A stretch of 64,000 bases of DNA, from contig CAUTSJ010000003.1 of the NCBI GenBank assembly GCA_963541505.1, positions 590 to 64,589 of the forward strand. Reading direction: 5' to 3'. Below are positions 52,273-61,612 of the stretch, in pieces. Source of the stretch: an uncultured Acholeplasmataceae bacterium (GTDB lineage: Bacteria; Bacillota_I; Bacilli_A; Acholeplasmatales; Acholeplasmataceae). Both the position numbers and the translations under genes were made by a program. A model generated the notes under the pieces. That model saw only the letters and a list, made by a program, of their open reading frames with translations. It made no database searches and had not been told where the DNA came from. Within the stretch, counting starts at the first letter, position 1; every line of letters starts with the position of its first letter.

Positions 52273-54501
52273 TCAAGAAATGTAGCCAGCGGCTCTTAAA
52301 GCACTTGCAACCCAACTCGCATCAAACAGATTTTTTGCGTGTGCTTTAGTGTCTTTAATGCTGTATTTAAAGTCTGGCTCAATTCCAAGTTCTGCTTCGC
52401 TGTGCGCAGCTCTGATGTCTTTCTTTTCAGTAACATAGACATTGTTTGAAGAGTAGTAGGCAACCATACCTAGTGGGAAGTGTACAGGAGTAGTAGCCGA
52501 TGCTCCGCCTTGAGTCTTAAAGCCAATTACTTTACCTAAGTTATTGTCTCTAAACATACCTGTAAACATTGAACCTGATGAGAAAGTGGAGCCTGAAGTT
52601 TGCACGAAATAGTTTTTAAAGCGAGGAACTTCGGCATTTGTGTATTTAGTTTGAACGGTAGTAGTTCTGCGTTGACCAGTAATTGGGTGGTATTCAGAGT
52701 AGGTAATAGATTTGCCAGGTCCCGCAATTAACGCAGCCAGGTCTACAGCAGCTGCTACCACACCACCACCGTTGGCAGCCATGTTGATAACAATATTTTC
52801 AACACCTGGATGTTTGCTTTTAATTTCTTTAACTGCCTTAATATACTGTTTAACTGTGCCTAAAATTGGGTCTCCGTTTCCATCTTCATCATCAATTTCA
52901 AAACCTTTTAAGTTAATAATGGCAGTTTTTCCGTCTTGAGAAACTGAGTATAGTTTTCTGTCGGAAAGTTCTTGTTTTGCCTCTAACAAATTCCAAAAAC
53001 CGATAAAGAATTTACTTTTTTCAGGTTCTTTGTTATCTGCATAAAGAGAAACGTTTTTATCTTCATCGGTGTGCAAGTCATCCAAGGCTTTAATCACTTC
53101 TCTCATCCCGAAATAGACATCATCTGATTTGGTACTCAAAATTTTGTCGGCAAATTTTTCAAGTGCATCGTTTGCTGCTTTACGTAAAGGAATGTTTCCG
53201 TAAATTGTGTTAAAAAAGAAAGCCATGGTTTTCCAAGTAAAGCCAGAAACTGATTTTGGCATTTCAGTTTTAAATGAGTTTAAATAGACATTTTCGTCTT
53301 TCTCAGCCTGAGCAATTGCACCGTTGCCTTTACCTACTAGATTATTGGTATAAATTAGTGAACCTGTGTAGTAGGTTGCGCGTTCATTTGTCTCTGAGTT
53401 TAAAACTAAAGAAAGAATAGCCAGTGGCAGTAAAACTTCGTCGTCTTTAGTTTGATAAGAACCCAGTTTATAGCGGTTCAGTTCATAAGTTAACGGCCTT
53501 GCGTTTGTTAAACTTAGTTTAGTTAGTCTGTAGTTTGCGTAAGCAGGTTCAGGTTCGTTCCACGCTTCGTTGTAGGCAAACACTTCTTCCAAAAATTTAG
53601 CATCACCAATTACGAAACGTTGTGCTGTGTGTTCATAGATAAAAGTGTATTCTTCTTTTGCTAAATCTGGAGACTCTGGTTTAATTTTATTAGTTTCAAT
53701 AACTAGTTTAACAATGGTTTTAGTCTTAGTTTCTTCAATTTCCATTTTTTTAACCAATTCATATTTGTGTCCGTGGTAGACATATTCGTATTTATGCTGG
53801 TTAAAGTCAACGACACCATCTAGTCCTTTAAAGAAGTTTTTAACAGAAATATAAGGCACTTCTTCTTCAAGCATAGTAATGGCCATTAAAGGTGCGTTTG
53901 AACTTGTGATGTACTTACCTTTAATTCTGGTTTTGTGTCCCCTTAAATCAGATTTTGTGCTGTGTGGTTTAAACTTAGGGTCGTTTGCAGGTAGACTTAA
54001 TTTATCTTTTAAATCAACCAGTGGAGTTAGTGGTGCTTCTGGTTCTGGATCGCCTTCAGTTTCATAAGTAGGATCTGGATCTGGTTTTGGAGCTGGTGGG
54101 TTTGGCTGTGGTTCAGGGTCTGGTTCTGGTTCTGGTTTAGGTTGCGGACCGGGTTGCGGAGTAGGTGTTGAACTTTTTGGTACAACTAGCTCAAACTCAC
54201 GATAAAAATCTTCGTAAGTTGCTTTTAAAATAGCAGTAACTTCTCTGTCACCAGGTTCAACCACCACAGTAGTTTTCTCTAGTCTAATTACACTTTTATT
54301 TGGTGTATCTAGTTCCCATTTAACAGTTTTGCCTTTGATAAGCGAATCTAGGTTAAAAGAGGATTTCAAGGTTTTTTGAGTTTCGCCTTTTGCTAATTTT
54401 AGCCTATATTCAAACAGCGCTGCTTTGTCTGAAGTTGAGCAAGACGCTAGCGCCAAAGCAGTTAAAAGTAGGGTAAAAATATATATAATTTTTTTTAGCA
54501 T
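52273..54501 (-). CDS. Lipoprotein with Pro/Glu-rich linker and C-terminal S41-peptidase-like domain
   Basis: 742 aa with signal/lipobox LLLTALALASC and linker TPTPQPGPQPKPEPEPDPEPQPNPPAPKPDPDP. INMAANGGGVVAAAVDLAALI resembles the S41 DxRxNxGG segment, and SGSTFSSGSMF resembles the Ser-nucleophile region. Confidence 0.6.
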   Translation of the reverse strand: MLKKIIYIFTLLLTALALASCSTSDKAALFEYRLKLAKGETQKTLKSSFNLDSLIKGKTVKWELDTPNKSVIRLEKTTVVVEPGDREVTAILKATYEDFYREFELVVPKSSTPTPQPGPQPKPEPEPDPEPQPNPPAPKPDPDPTYETEGDPEPEAPLTPLVDLKDKLSLPANDPKFKPHSTKSDLRGHKTRIKGKYITSSNAPLMAITMLEEEVPYISVKNFFKGLDGVVDFNQHKYEYVYHGHKYELVKKMEIEETKTKTIVKLVIETNKIKPESPDLAKEEYTFIYEHTAQRFVIGDAKFLEEVFAYNEAWNEPEPAYANYRLTKLSLTNARPLTYELNRYKLGSYQTKDDEVLLPLAILSLVLNSETNERATYYTGSLIYTNNLVGKGNGAIAQAEKDENVYLNSFKTEMPKSVSGFTWKTMAFFFNTIYGNIPLRKAANDALEKFADKILSTKSDDVYFGMREVIKALDDLHTDEDKNVSLYADNKEPEKSKFFIGFWNLLEAKQELSDRKLYSVSQDGKTAIINLKGFEIDDEDGNGDPILGTVKQYIKAVKEIKSKHPGVENIVINMAANGGGVVAAAVDLAALIAGPGKSITYSEYHPITGQRRTTTVQTKYTNAEVPRFKNYFVQTSGSTFSSGSMFTGMFRDNNLGKVIGFKTQGGASATTPVHFPLGMVAYYSSNNVYVTEKKDIRAAHSEAELGIEPDFKYSIKDTKAHAKNLFDASWVASALRAAGYIS

Positions 54502-54602
54502 ATTTCCTCCACAACATTAAATTGCGTCGCTAATATTATATAATAGTATAGACAAAAAGAGACAATTTTATATTTAAATACTGCAAAAAAGGTGTATTAT
54601 TT

Positions 54603-55856
54603 ATGGAAAATCAATATATATTGCTTAGATACGGTGACTTGATGTTGAAAGGCAAAAACATCAAAGCATTTAAAAAAGCAGCCAACCTTTTGGTTAAAGA
54701 AAAAACGGCTTTACACTGTGTTAAAGTTGAGTTTTTATATGACCATGTTTTACTTGAGTTTTCTGAGGAAAACAGACAAAAAGTAGTAGACTCACTTTAT
54801 CTACTTACTGGTTTTTCTTCATTTAGTTTTATTCACCTTACAGATAGTAAAGCCAACGAAATTAAAGCAAAAGCCTTAGCAGTAGTTGAACAAGAAACTA
54901 CTGAAAACTCAACATTTAAAGTAGTAGTAAAGCGCGTAGATAAGCAATTTTCACCAGATTCACAAACTTTTTGTAAAGAACTTGCTGGCTATATTTTAAA
55001 GCATCAAACCAAGCACTTAAAAGTAGATGTGCACACTCCTTTAAACACCTTACACGTTGTAATCAAATCAAACAAAACTTATATTTACTTTAAAAAATAC
55101 CAGTTAATTGGTGGCTTGCCTGTTGGAATTTCTGGCAAAGTTTTAACTCTTTTAAGCGGGGGAATAGACTCACCAGTTGCTGCGTTTTCGGCAATTAAAA
55201 AAGGTTGTTTGGTTGAACTAATTCACTTTGAGTCAACTCCGCTAACTCCTGTTGAATCTTTAGATAAAGTCTTTCAACTAGCCCGAGTTTTGGCTAAATA
55301 TATGCCTGGAAACTCAATTAAAATTCATGTTGTAGCGTTTAAAGAAATTCATGAAGAAATTTTAAAAAAAGTACCAGATGCCTATATTATTACCGTGATG
55401 CGTAGATTTATGTATAAAATCACCGAAGCAGTTGCTCAAAAAGTTGGTGCACTTGGTGTCTTTACTGGAGAATCGGTAGGCCAGGTTGCTTCGCAAACCT
55501 TGCAATCAATCTACACTATCAACGAAGGTGTTTCACTGCCAGTTTTTAGACCACTTGCTGGAATGGATAAAAACGAAATAATTGCTATTTCTAAACAAAT
55601 TGGTGCTTTTTTAATTTCAATTAAACCATTTGAAGACTGTTGCACCGTTTATCTACCTAAAAACCCGACAACTTCCCCAAAATTAAGTTTAACTAAAGAA
55701 TACGAAGATAAAATTAACAAACCAGAGTTAATTGAAAACTGCTTAAACTCATCTGTTTTATCACTTACCATAAAAGCAGAAGACACTTATCTGCCATCTG
55801 AGTTTGGCTTAGACTTTAGTTCAGTGTATCCAGAAATTTTAAAGGAAATCAAGTAA
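54603..55856 (+). CDS. thiI: tRNA 4-thiouridine synthase ThiI
   Basis: 417 aa with N-terminal ferredoxin-like/THUMP domains and PP-loop LLSGGIDSPVA. Confidence 0.9.
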   Translation: MENQYILLRYGDLMLKGKNIKAFKKAANLLVKEKTALHCVKVEFLYDHVLLEFSEENRQKVVDSLYLLTGFSSFSFIHLTDSKANEIKAKALAVVEQETTENSTFKVVVKRVDKQFSPDSQTFCKELAGYILKHQTKHLKVDVHTPLNTLHVVIKSNKTYIYFKKYQLIGGLPVGISGKVLTLLSGGIDSPVAAFSAIKKGCLVELIHFESTPLTPVESLDKVFQLARVLAKYMPGNSIKIHVVAFKEIHEEILKKVPDAYIITVMRRFMYKITEAVAQKVGALGVFTGESVGQVASQTLQSIYTINEGVSLPVFRPLAGMDKNEIIAISKQIGAFLISIKPFEDCCTVYLPKNPTTSPKLSLTKEYEDKINKPELIENCLNSSVLSLTIKAEDTYLPSEFGLDFSSVYPEILKEIK

Positions 55857-56564
55857 ATGCGCGAAATTACTTCTAAAGAAAATAAAGAAATTAAACTATA
55901 TTTATCGCTTTTAAAAAAGAAAGCCAGAGACGAAAATAAACTGTTTTTAGCCTATGGCCCTGACTTTGTAAAAGAGGCTTATGAGGCTAATTTAGCCAAA
56001 GAAGTGATATCTTGTGAACTTGCGGATTCTCCAACAATTTTGGTCAGCAAACCTGTGTTTGCTTTATTTAAAGAAACTAAAACTGAACTAAGTCCGGTGG
56101 TAGTTTGCAAGATTCCTGAAACCAAGGTTTACGCAGATAAAATTCTTTGTTTGGCTGACATTCAAGACCCTAGAAACGTGGGAGCCTTAATTCGCTCAGC
56201 AGTAGCCTTTGGCTTTAAAACTATTTTGCTTTCAGAAAAAACAGCCGATGCTTTTAATGAAACTGCGGTTAGAGTTTCTAAGGGCAGTATTTTTAGATGT
56301 TCAGCAATTCGTACAGACCTTGTAAAGGAACTCAGCGAACTTAAAAACAAGGGCTATGAAATTATTGGAACTGAACACACAGAACCGCATAACTTTAAAA
56401 AAACCAACTCTAAACTAGTTTTAGTTTTAGGAAACGAAGGCGCAGGGATACCAGTTGAACTAAAACCACTTCTAGAAACTAACTTTAAAATCAACACACA
56501 AAATGTTGAAAGTTTAAATGTCGCTGTTGCGGGGTCTATTGTGATGCACGAGATTGCTAAATGA
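55857..56564 (+). CDS. SpoU/TrmH-family RNA 2'-O-methyltransferase
   Basis: 235 aa with DIQDPRNVGALIRSA, LVLGNEGAGI and SLNVAVAGSIVMHE motifs. Confidence 0.82.
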   Translation: MREITSKENKEIKLYLSLLKKKARDENKLFLAYGPDFVKEAYEANLAKEVISCELADSPTILVSKPVFALFKETKTELSPVVVCKIPETKVYADKILCLADIQDPRNVGALIRSAVAFGFKTILLSEKTADAFNETAVRVSKGSIFRCSAIRTDLVKELSELKNKGYEIIGTEHTEPHNFKKTNSKLVLVLGNEGAGIPVELKPLLETNFKINTQNVESLNVAVAGSIVMHEIAK

Positions 56565-57391
56565 AAACAATTGTAAATTTATCTTATTTTGAAACAGATA
56601 CACTTACCACTGTAGTCTTTAGACTAAGTGAGTTTAAGCCAGATACAGAAATTACTTTAAATCAAGTAGGTCTACTTTCTTTTTTTGATTTGCTGACTAA
56701 TTTAAATGAAGAAAAGTTCAGTAAACTAAAAGAACTTAAACTTAAAATCAAATCAGTGTATTTACCAGTTTACGACACTTACTCAGAACTTACTGAGCAA
56801 CCATGTCTACTTTTTTTAAAAAGACTAAAAGAGTTAAATGTCAAAACCATTTTAATTCGCCCTATTTTTTTAAAAACCACTAAACTAGAACTAAAAAAAG
56901 AACTACTTAAATTAAAGTGGCTACTTCGTGGTTTTAAAATAATTTTTCAGTTAAAAGAAAGCCAAGACCATCTCGCTTTAAAAACTTTAATTGATAAAAA
57001 ACTCAAATTCAAACTATACTTTGACCCAGTTTATTTTTATTTAAACAACTTAGGTGCTATTGGTAATTTTAAGATTTTTTTAAAGCACATTGAGTTACTT
57101 AGAATGACAGACATTGATGAACTTGGACAAGGTGAGTTTTTGAACTTCGGCATAGTCGGAGTTAGCCAAATGGCTATGCAACTTAAACTACACGGCCTGA
57201 AGCCGGACCTCGTTTTAGATAGTCGCACAAACTGTTTTTTTCAAGGCAACAAACAAAACTCTAACTTAAACAAAAAGTCTAGAAATGTCTTGGAACTCCA
57301 ACTTTTAAACCAACCTGAAGTTGATTTTAATTCAGTTTTAAACTCTGAGTACCAAGGACTTAAAACTCTAATTTCGGCAATTTTAGACTAA
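56561..57391 (+). CDS. Hypothetical protein
   Basis: 276-aa ORF overlapping the previous stop (ATGA). No confident motif. Confidence 0.5.
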   Translation: MKTIVNLSYFETDTLTTVVFRLSEFKPDTEITLNQVGLLSFFDLLTNLNEEKFSKLKELKLKIKSVYLPVYDTYSELTEQPCLLFLKRLKELNVKTILIRPIFLKTTKLELKKELLKLKWLLRGFKIIFQLKESQDHLALKTLIDKKLKFKLYFDPVYFYLNNLGAIGNFKIFLKHIELLRMTDIDELGQGEFLNFGIVGVSQMAMQLKLHGLKPDLVLDSRTNCFFQGNKQNSNLNKKSRNVLELQLLNQPEVDFNSVLNSEYQGLKTLISAILD

Positions 57392-57419
57392 CTAAAACTA
57401 AACAAATTTAGCCTTTGAA

Positions 57420-57455
57420 AACGGGTATTTCCTTTGCGAAAATACCCGTTTTTTT
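57420..57455 (+). terminator. Intrinsic terminator
   Basis: 11-bp stem AACGGGTATTT / AAATACCCGTT followed by T7. Confidence 0.8.
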
Positions 57456-57485
57456 ATATAATATTATATAAAGAGGTCAAAAAAT

Positions 57486-58253
57486 ATGAATACACTTTTA
57501 AAATTTAGCACCAGAGACATAGTCTTTATTTCAATACTATTTTTCTTACTGGTTTACTTTACAATCAGAATTGCATCTATTTCAAAACGCAACTTTTTTG
57601 GCTTCGTTTATTTTTTAGTGGCTCTGCTTTTTTTAATCCCACTTTATTTTTTTTGGTTTAGTCGCAGTGCTGTGTTTTCAAAAAAAGCCCTGCCTTTGGC
57701 CTTGTCTTTTAGTTTTACTTTTTTTGTAGGCTACTTAATTTATTCACTTGCAGATGTTCAAAAAGCAATCACTAAAGTCTTTAAAGCAAAAGAAGAGCGT
57801 GCAACTACACACGGTTCAATTGAAACTAAAGAAGAAGTAATATCAGCGGCAGTCGTGCTTTCTTACCGTAAAATTGGGGCAATTATTTGTTTTGAAAAGT
57901 ACAACTCACTTAGCCATTACGCCGAAAAAGCCATTCCTTTAAATTCAACCGTCAACAAAGAACTGCTTTTAAATATTTTTACACCCAACACTCCTCTTCA
58001 CGACGGAGCGGTGATTATTAAAAATGACACTTTAATTTGTGCCGGTGCTTATTTTACAATTTCAAAAACAGAATTGGCAGACAAAACCACCGGTTCACGC
58101 CACCGAGCAGCCTTGGGTATTTCTGAAGAAACCGATGCTTTGACCTTAGTTGTCTCTGAAGAAACTGGAAATATTTCGATTGCTTACAACGGGGTTTTGA
58201 TTAAAATGAAAGACGTTGAGCAACTGAGAAGTTACTTAAATCTGTACGTTTAA
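57486..58253 (+). CDS. cdaA: Diadenylate cyclase CdaA (membrane-anchored)
   Basis: 255 aa with three N-terminal TM helices and DAC domain motifs HDGAVII and GSRHRAALGISEETDA..VSEETG. Confidence 0.9.
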   Translation: MNTLLKFSTRDIVFISILFFLLVYFTIRIASISKRNFFGFVYFLVALLFLIPLYFFWFSRSAVFSKKALPLALSFSFTFFVGYLIYSLADVQKAITKVFKAKEERATTHGSIETKEEVISAAVVLSYRKIGAIICFEKYNSLSHYAEKAIPLNSTVNKELLLNIFTPNTPLHDGAVIIKNDTLICAGAYFTISKTELADKTTGSRHRAALGISEETDALTLVVSEETGNISIAYNGVLIKMKDVEQLRSYLNLYV

Positions 58254-58265
58254 AAGGGCAAAAAC

Positions 58266-58451
58266 ATGAAAAAAATTATTAAAATATTTAAGAAAATCTC
58301 AGTATACTTATTTTCGCCCATTTCTTCTTTGGCTTTCTTGCTTTCTCAAACCAAGGTATATACGCTATTTAAATCCAAAACATTTGCGTTCGGTTTGGCT
58401 TTCCTGGCCGCCACTACTTGTTTTCTTTTGCTATTCTTTTTAGCCAGATAA
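58266..58451 (+). CDS. Small two-TM hypothetical protein
   Basis: 61-aa ORF between cdaA and the next gene. The only support is its hydrophobic profile and tight spacing. Confidence 0.3.
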   Translation: MKKIIKIFKKISVYLFSPISSLAFLLSQTKVYTLFKSKTFAFGLAFLAATTCFLLLFFLAR

Positions 58452-58458
58452 ACTTTAA

Positions 58459-60000
58459 ATGTCTAAACTACACATCGCACAACTTTCTTTATTTGCTGTT
58501 CTGTTAGTAGTTTCTTTGGTTTTAGCACTACTTGCAGCAACTAGAAAAAAACGACACACCACTGCTGTGTTATTTTTGCTTGCCGAAGTTTTTATTTTAG
58601 CAACTGCCCCGCTTTTGCTTTATCTAACTCCGCCAATTTCTCTTAACTTCCTAATTTATCCACAAATTGTCGCGCAAGCCATTGTTTTTTCCCTTGTTTT
58701 AACTAACTTGATTTTGATTTTCAGTGAGCACACTGTGCTTACAGGCTACGAAAATACTGATAACAACTTTTACCTGTATTTGGCTCCAAACGGCTACATT
58801 AAGTCAATTTCTAAAAACCTTGCCTTAGAACTTAACCGCTCGGTTTTAAAAGCCAGAAGATACCGATTTTTGGATTTATTTCTAAAAACATCGCGCGTGG
58901 CTAAACTAAACACCAAAGACTGCACGAACCACGCTTTTTCTGCCTTTTTTCAGCCGCTTTTTATAAACGAAGAGACCAAAAGTTTTAATTTAGAGTTCAA
59001 AAATCATTCAGGCGAGCGAGTTTATTTGCACGTCAATGTTTTTCACCTTGGCTCTGAGTTAATTTTTACTGGCAAACTTTTAAAAGGCATGTCTGCAATA
59101 GAACACGAAGATGCTGTATTTAAACTAAAAGAAGACTTAAAAGATATGTCTGGAAAACTAATGGGCTTTTTTGAAATCTCTGAGTCTGGCTACACTATGT
59201 ATGACAAGCAACTTGGTAAAATTTGGCTTTCACCCTCTATGCTGGAACTACTTAAACTCCCTAAAAACTACGCTAACTTAAAGTTCACAGAATACGAAAA
59301 ACTAATTCATCCAGATGACTACATTAAAGTACTTAAAAAATACACAGAAATTAAGCCAAACTCCAACCAAACTCAGCGCTACCGCTTAAAATGTGGAAGC
59401 AAATACATCTGGTTTAAAGAAAACGCAGGTGCAACTAAAGAAAATGAAAACTGTGTAATCTCTTGTTTTAATTTAATTGAAACTGCCGACTTTAGTAAGT
59501 CAAACATTCAATTGCTTGATGAACTTAAAAATTATTCAGACTTAGAGCTTGACTTAGAGCAGTTAATTAAAAACAAAACCAAATTTGAACTAGTTTTTAT
59601 CAAAGTTGCCAATATTGACAATATAAATAAAAAATATGGTCGCGAAATCGGCAACATGGCCCTGGCTCACTATGTTTATAACTTAAAAAAAGCGTTTGTG
59701 ACAGAAACTGGGGCAATTTATAGAATTGGTGGGGCTACTTTTGCCTACACAGTGACCGACTTAGTCCGCTTTGGTGCCTTAAAAAGTGGCGCTAGCAGAC
59801 AAAGCGGATACTTGAACTTAAAAATGGAGTTTGGTGGCTCTAGTTTTACGCTAAACGCCAAAGCGGGCGCTTTTTTAGTTGAAAACAACTTAAACTCAGC
59901 GCAAACTATTTTAAAAGCCACTAGAACTGCGCTTGAGACTACTTTTTCTGAAAACTATGTAAGCAATTTTTTGTATGTAGGAGATGAATACCGTGTTTAG
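58459..60000 (+). CDS. Membrane protein with PAS-like domain and degenerate GGDEF domain (GGATF)
   Basis: 513 aa with N-terminal TM helices and a PAS-like segment ..IHPDDYIKVL..RYRLKCGSKYIWFKE.. The C-terminal ELVFIKVANIDNINKKYGREIGNMALAHYV...AIYRIGGATFAY is colinear with DxDxFKxxNDxxGHxxGD....RxGGDEF, but the acidic and His residues are replaced. Confidence 0.65.
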   Translation: MSKLHIAQLSLFAVLLVVSLVLALLAATRKKRHTTAVLFLLAEVFILATAPLLLYLTPPISLNFLIYPQIVAQAIVFSLVLTNLILIFSEHTVLTGYENTDNNFYLYLAPNGYIKSISKNLALELNRSVLKARRYRFLDLFLKTSRVAKLNTKDCTNHAFSAFFQPLFINEETKSFNLEFKNHSGERVYLHVNVFHLGSELIFTGKLLKGMSAIEHEDAVFKLKEDLKDMSGKLMGFFEISESGYTMYDKQLGKIWLSPSMLELLKLPKNYANLKFTEYEKLIHPDDYIKVLKKYTEIKPNSNQTQRYRLKCGSKYIWFKENAGATKENENCVISCFNLIETADFSKSNIQLLDELKNYSDLELDLEQLIKNKTKFELVFIKVANIDNINKKYGREIGNMALAHYVYNLKKAFVTETGAIYRIGGATFAYTVTDLVRFGALKSGASRQSGYLNLKMEFGGSSFTLNAKAGAFLVENNLNSAQTILKATRTALETTFSENYVSNFLYVGDEYRV

Positions 60001-61612
60001 TAAGTCAGAGGCTAGAGCCTATATTTTAGCTGAACGAAAAACCTACACGGCCTTAGAAAAACAGCAAAGAAACGAAATTGTGCTAAGTAAAATCAAAGCA
60101 CATCCTCTATATCAAAACAGTAAAACTGTGGCGCTTTACTTTCCAATTCAGGGAGAACTAGACATCACTGCTTTAACTAAAGTAAGCGAAAAAGTTTTCT
60201 TGTTTCCCGCGTTTGTTGAAAATGAACTGAAATATGTTTTGCCAAAACCCAACACTCAGTTTATTAAACGCTACAACTTTTTTGAACCTGTTGACTTTAC
60301 TGTATACTTAGAAAAAATTGACTTGTTTTTAGTGCCATGCTTAGCAGTTAACGAACACAGTCAAAGACTAGGCTACGGCAAAGGCAACATTGACAGGTAT
60401 TTTGCTGCTCTTAAATACTCGGCTGCCTTAATTCATGTATCCGACCGCTTGATTTCGTTTGAAGCAGAAGCGCACGACGTAAAGGCTAAAGATATCGTCA
60501 CTCCTTTTAAAAACACAGCGCTTATTTTAGCAGCTGGCAAATCTTCGCGTTTTGCTGAAAACAAAGCCATTAAGAAACTCGTCAACTTACCAGTTTTTAT
60601 GCACTCAGTTAACACTTTTTTAAAAAACGGTTTCGAGTGTATTTTGGTTGCGCAAACCGAAGTTTTAGAGGCTTTCTTTAATTCTGAGTTCAAAAATCCA
60701 GCGGTATTTACGCTAACTGGCAAAGACACCAGATTTTTGTCAATGCAAACTGGACTTAACCAAGCAACAGGAACTTATATTTACGTACACGATGCTGCAA
60801 GACCAGTAATTCTAGGTGAAGACCTTGAAAACATAAAAAAGGTTTTAGAAACTAAACAAGGCGCTGTTTTAGCAAACCAAATTTATTCGTCTTTAAAAAA
60901 CTACAACGGAGAAACTCTTGATAGAACCAACTATTTCACTACAATTACGCCACAAGCTTTTTTAAAAACAAAGTTAAGAGAATGTGTATCCGTTGCAAAA
61001 AAAACCGACTATCAAGATGAGTTTGAATTGTTTTCAGAACAAAGCGAACCATTTACCTTGCTGCTTTCTGAAAACAGATTACCTAAAATCACAACACCTG
61101 CTGATTTTTCACTGACTAAATCATACTTTTTCAAACCTAGTTTAGTTGGCAGTTCTTTTGACATTCACCCTTTTAAAAAAGGTGGAGAACTCACTCTTGC
61201 TGGAGTTTTGATTGAAAAAGACAATCACTTTTTAGCAGTTTCAGACGGAGATGTAGTTTTGCACTCTGTCACTGAAGCGATCCTAGGTGCTTTAAATTCA
61301 GGAGATTTGGGCGATAACTTCAAGGAAACCGATAAAATCAATCAAAACAGGTCTTCTTTTGAGTTTTTAGCGTATGCTTTAAAAAAAGCAAACGACCTAA
61401 ACTACTGCGTGAAAAACGCAGATATTACTGTGATGCTTGAACAACCTAAATTAGGCCTTAAAAAAACCTTAATTTCAAAAAATCTAATGCAAGCGCTTGA
61501 CTGTCCTTTGGTTTCAGTTAAAGCCACTACTTTTGAAAAAAATGGGCTAATTGGCCAAAGCCGGGCAATCGGTTGTCTGGCCACAGTACTTTTGGAGGAA
61601 AAATTATGTTAA
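59984..61612 (+). CDS. Tri-domain fusion: 5-formyltetrahydrofolate cyclo-ligase-like + IspD + IspF
   Basis: 542-aa single ORF. Residues about 1-175 carry DLFLVPCLAVNEHSQRLGYGKGNIDRYF...HDVKAKDIVTP (5-FCL family). Residues about 180-385 carry ALILAAGKSSRF...YVHDAARPV (IspD). Residues about 390-542 carry GSSFDIHPF...SDGDVVLHSVTEAILGAL..GDLG (IspF). Confidence 0.8.
   Translation: MNTVFSKSEARAYILAERKTYTALEKQQRNEIVLSKIKAHPLYQNSKTVALYFPIQGELDITALTKVSEKVFLFPAFVENELKYVLPKPNTQFIKRYNFFEPVDFTVYLEKIDLFLVPCLAVNEHSQRLGYGKGNIDRYFAALKYSAALIHVSDRLISFEAEAHDVKAKDIVTPFKNTALILAAGKSSRFAENKAIKKLVNLPVFMHSVNTFLKNGFECILVAQTEVLEAFFNSEFKNPAVFTLTGKDTRFLSMQTGLNQATGTYIYVHDAARPVILGEDLENIKKVLETKQGAVLANQIYSSLKNYNGETLDRTNYFTTITPQAFLKTKLRECVSVAKKTDYQDEFELFSEQSEPFTLLLSENRLPKITTPADFSLTKSYFFKPSLVGSSFDIHPFKKGGELTLAGVLIEKDNHFLAVSDGDVVLHSVTEAILGALNSGDLGDNFKETDKINQNRSSFEFLAYALKKANDLNYCVKNADITVMLEQPKLGLKKTLISKNLMQALDCPLVSVKATTFEKNGLIGQSRAIGCLATVLLEEKLC

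Noticed and set aside
54050-54190. Repetitive GGTTCTGG/GGATCTGG DNA in the S41-like lipoprotein gene as a phase-variable repeat
   Set aside because: The units are imperfect and in frame. They simply encode a Pro/Glu/Asp-rich linker (PEPEPDPEPQP), and no homogeneous tract long enough for efficient slippage is present.
58451-58459. The 61-aa ORF and the 513-aa GGDEF-like ORF as one gene split by a frameshift
   Set aside because: The frames differ, but there is no homopolymer or repeat at the junction, and the 513-aa protein has its own ATG and TM helices. This cannot be excluded, but nothing supports it.
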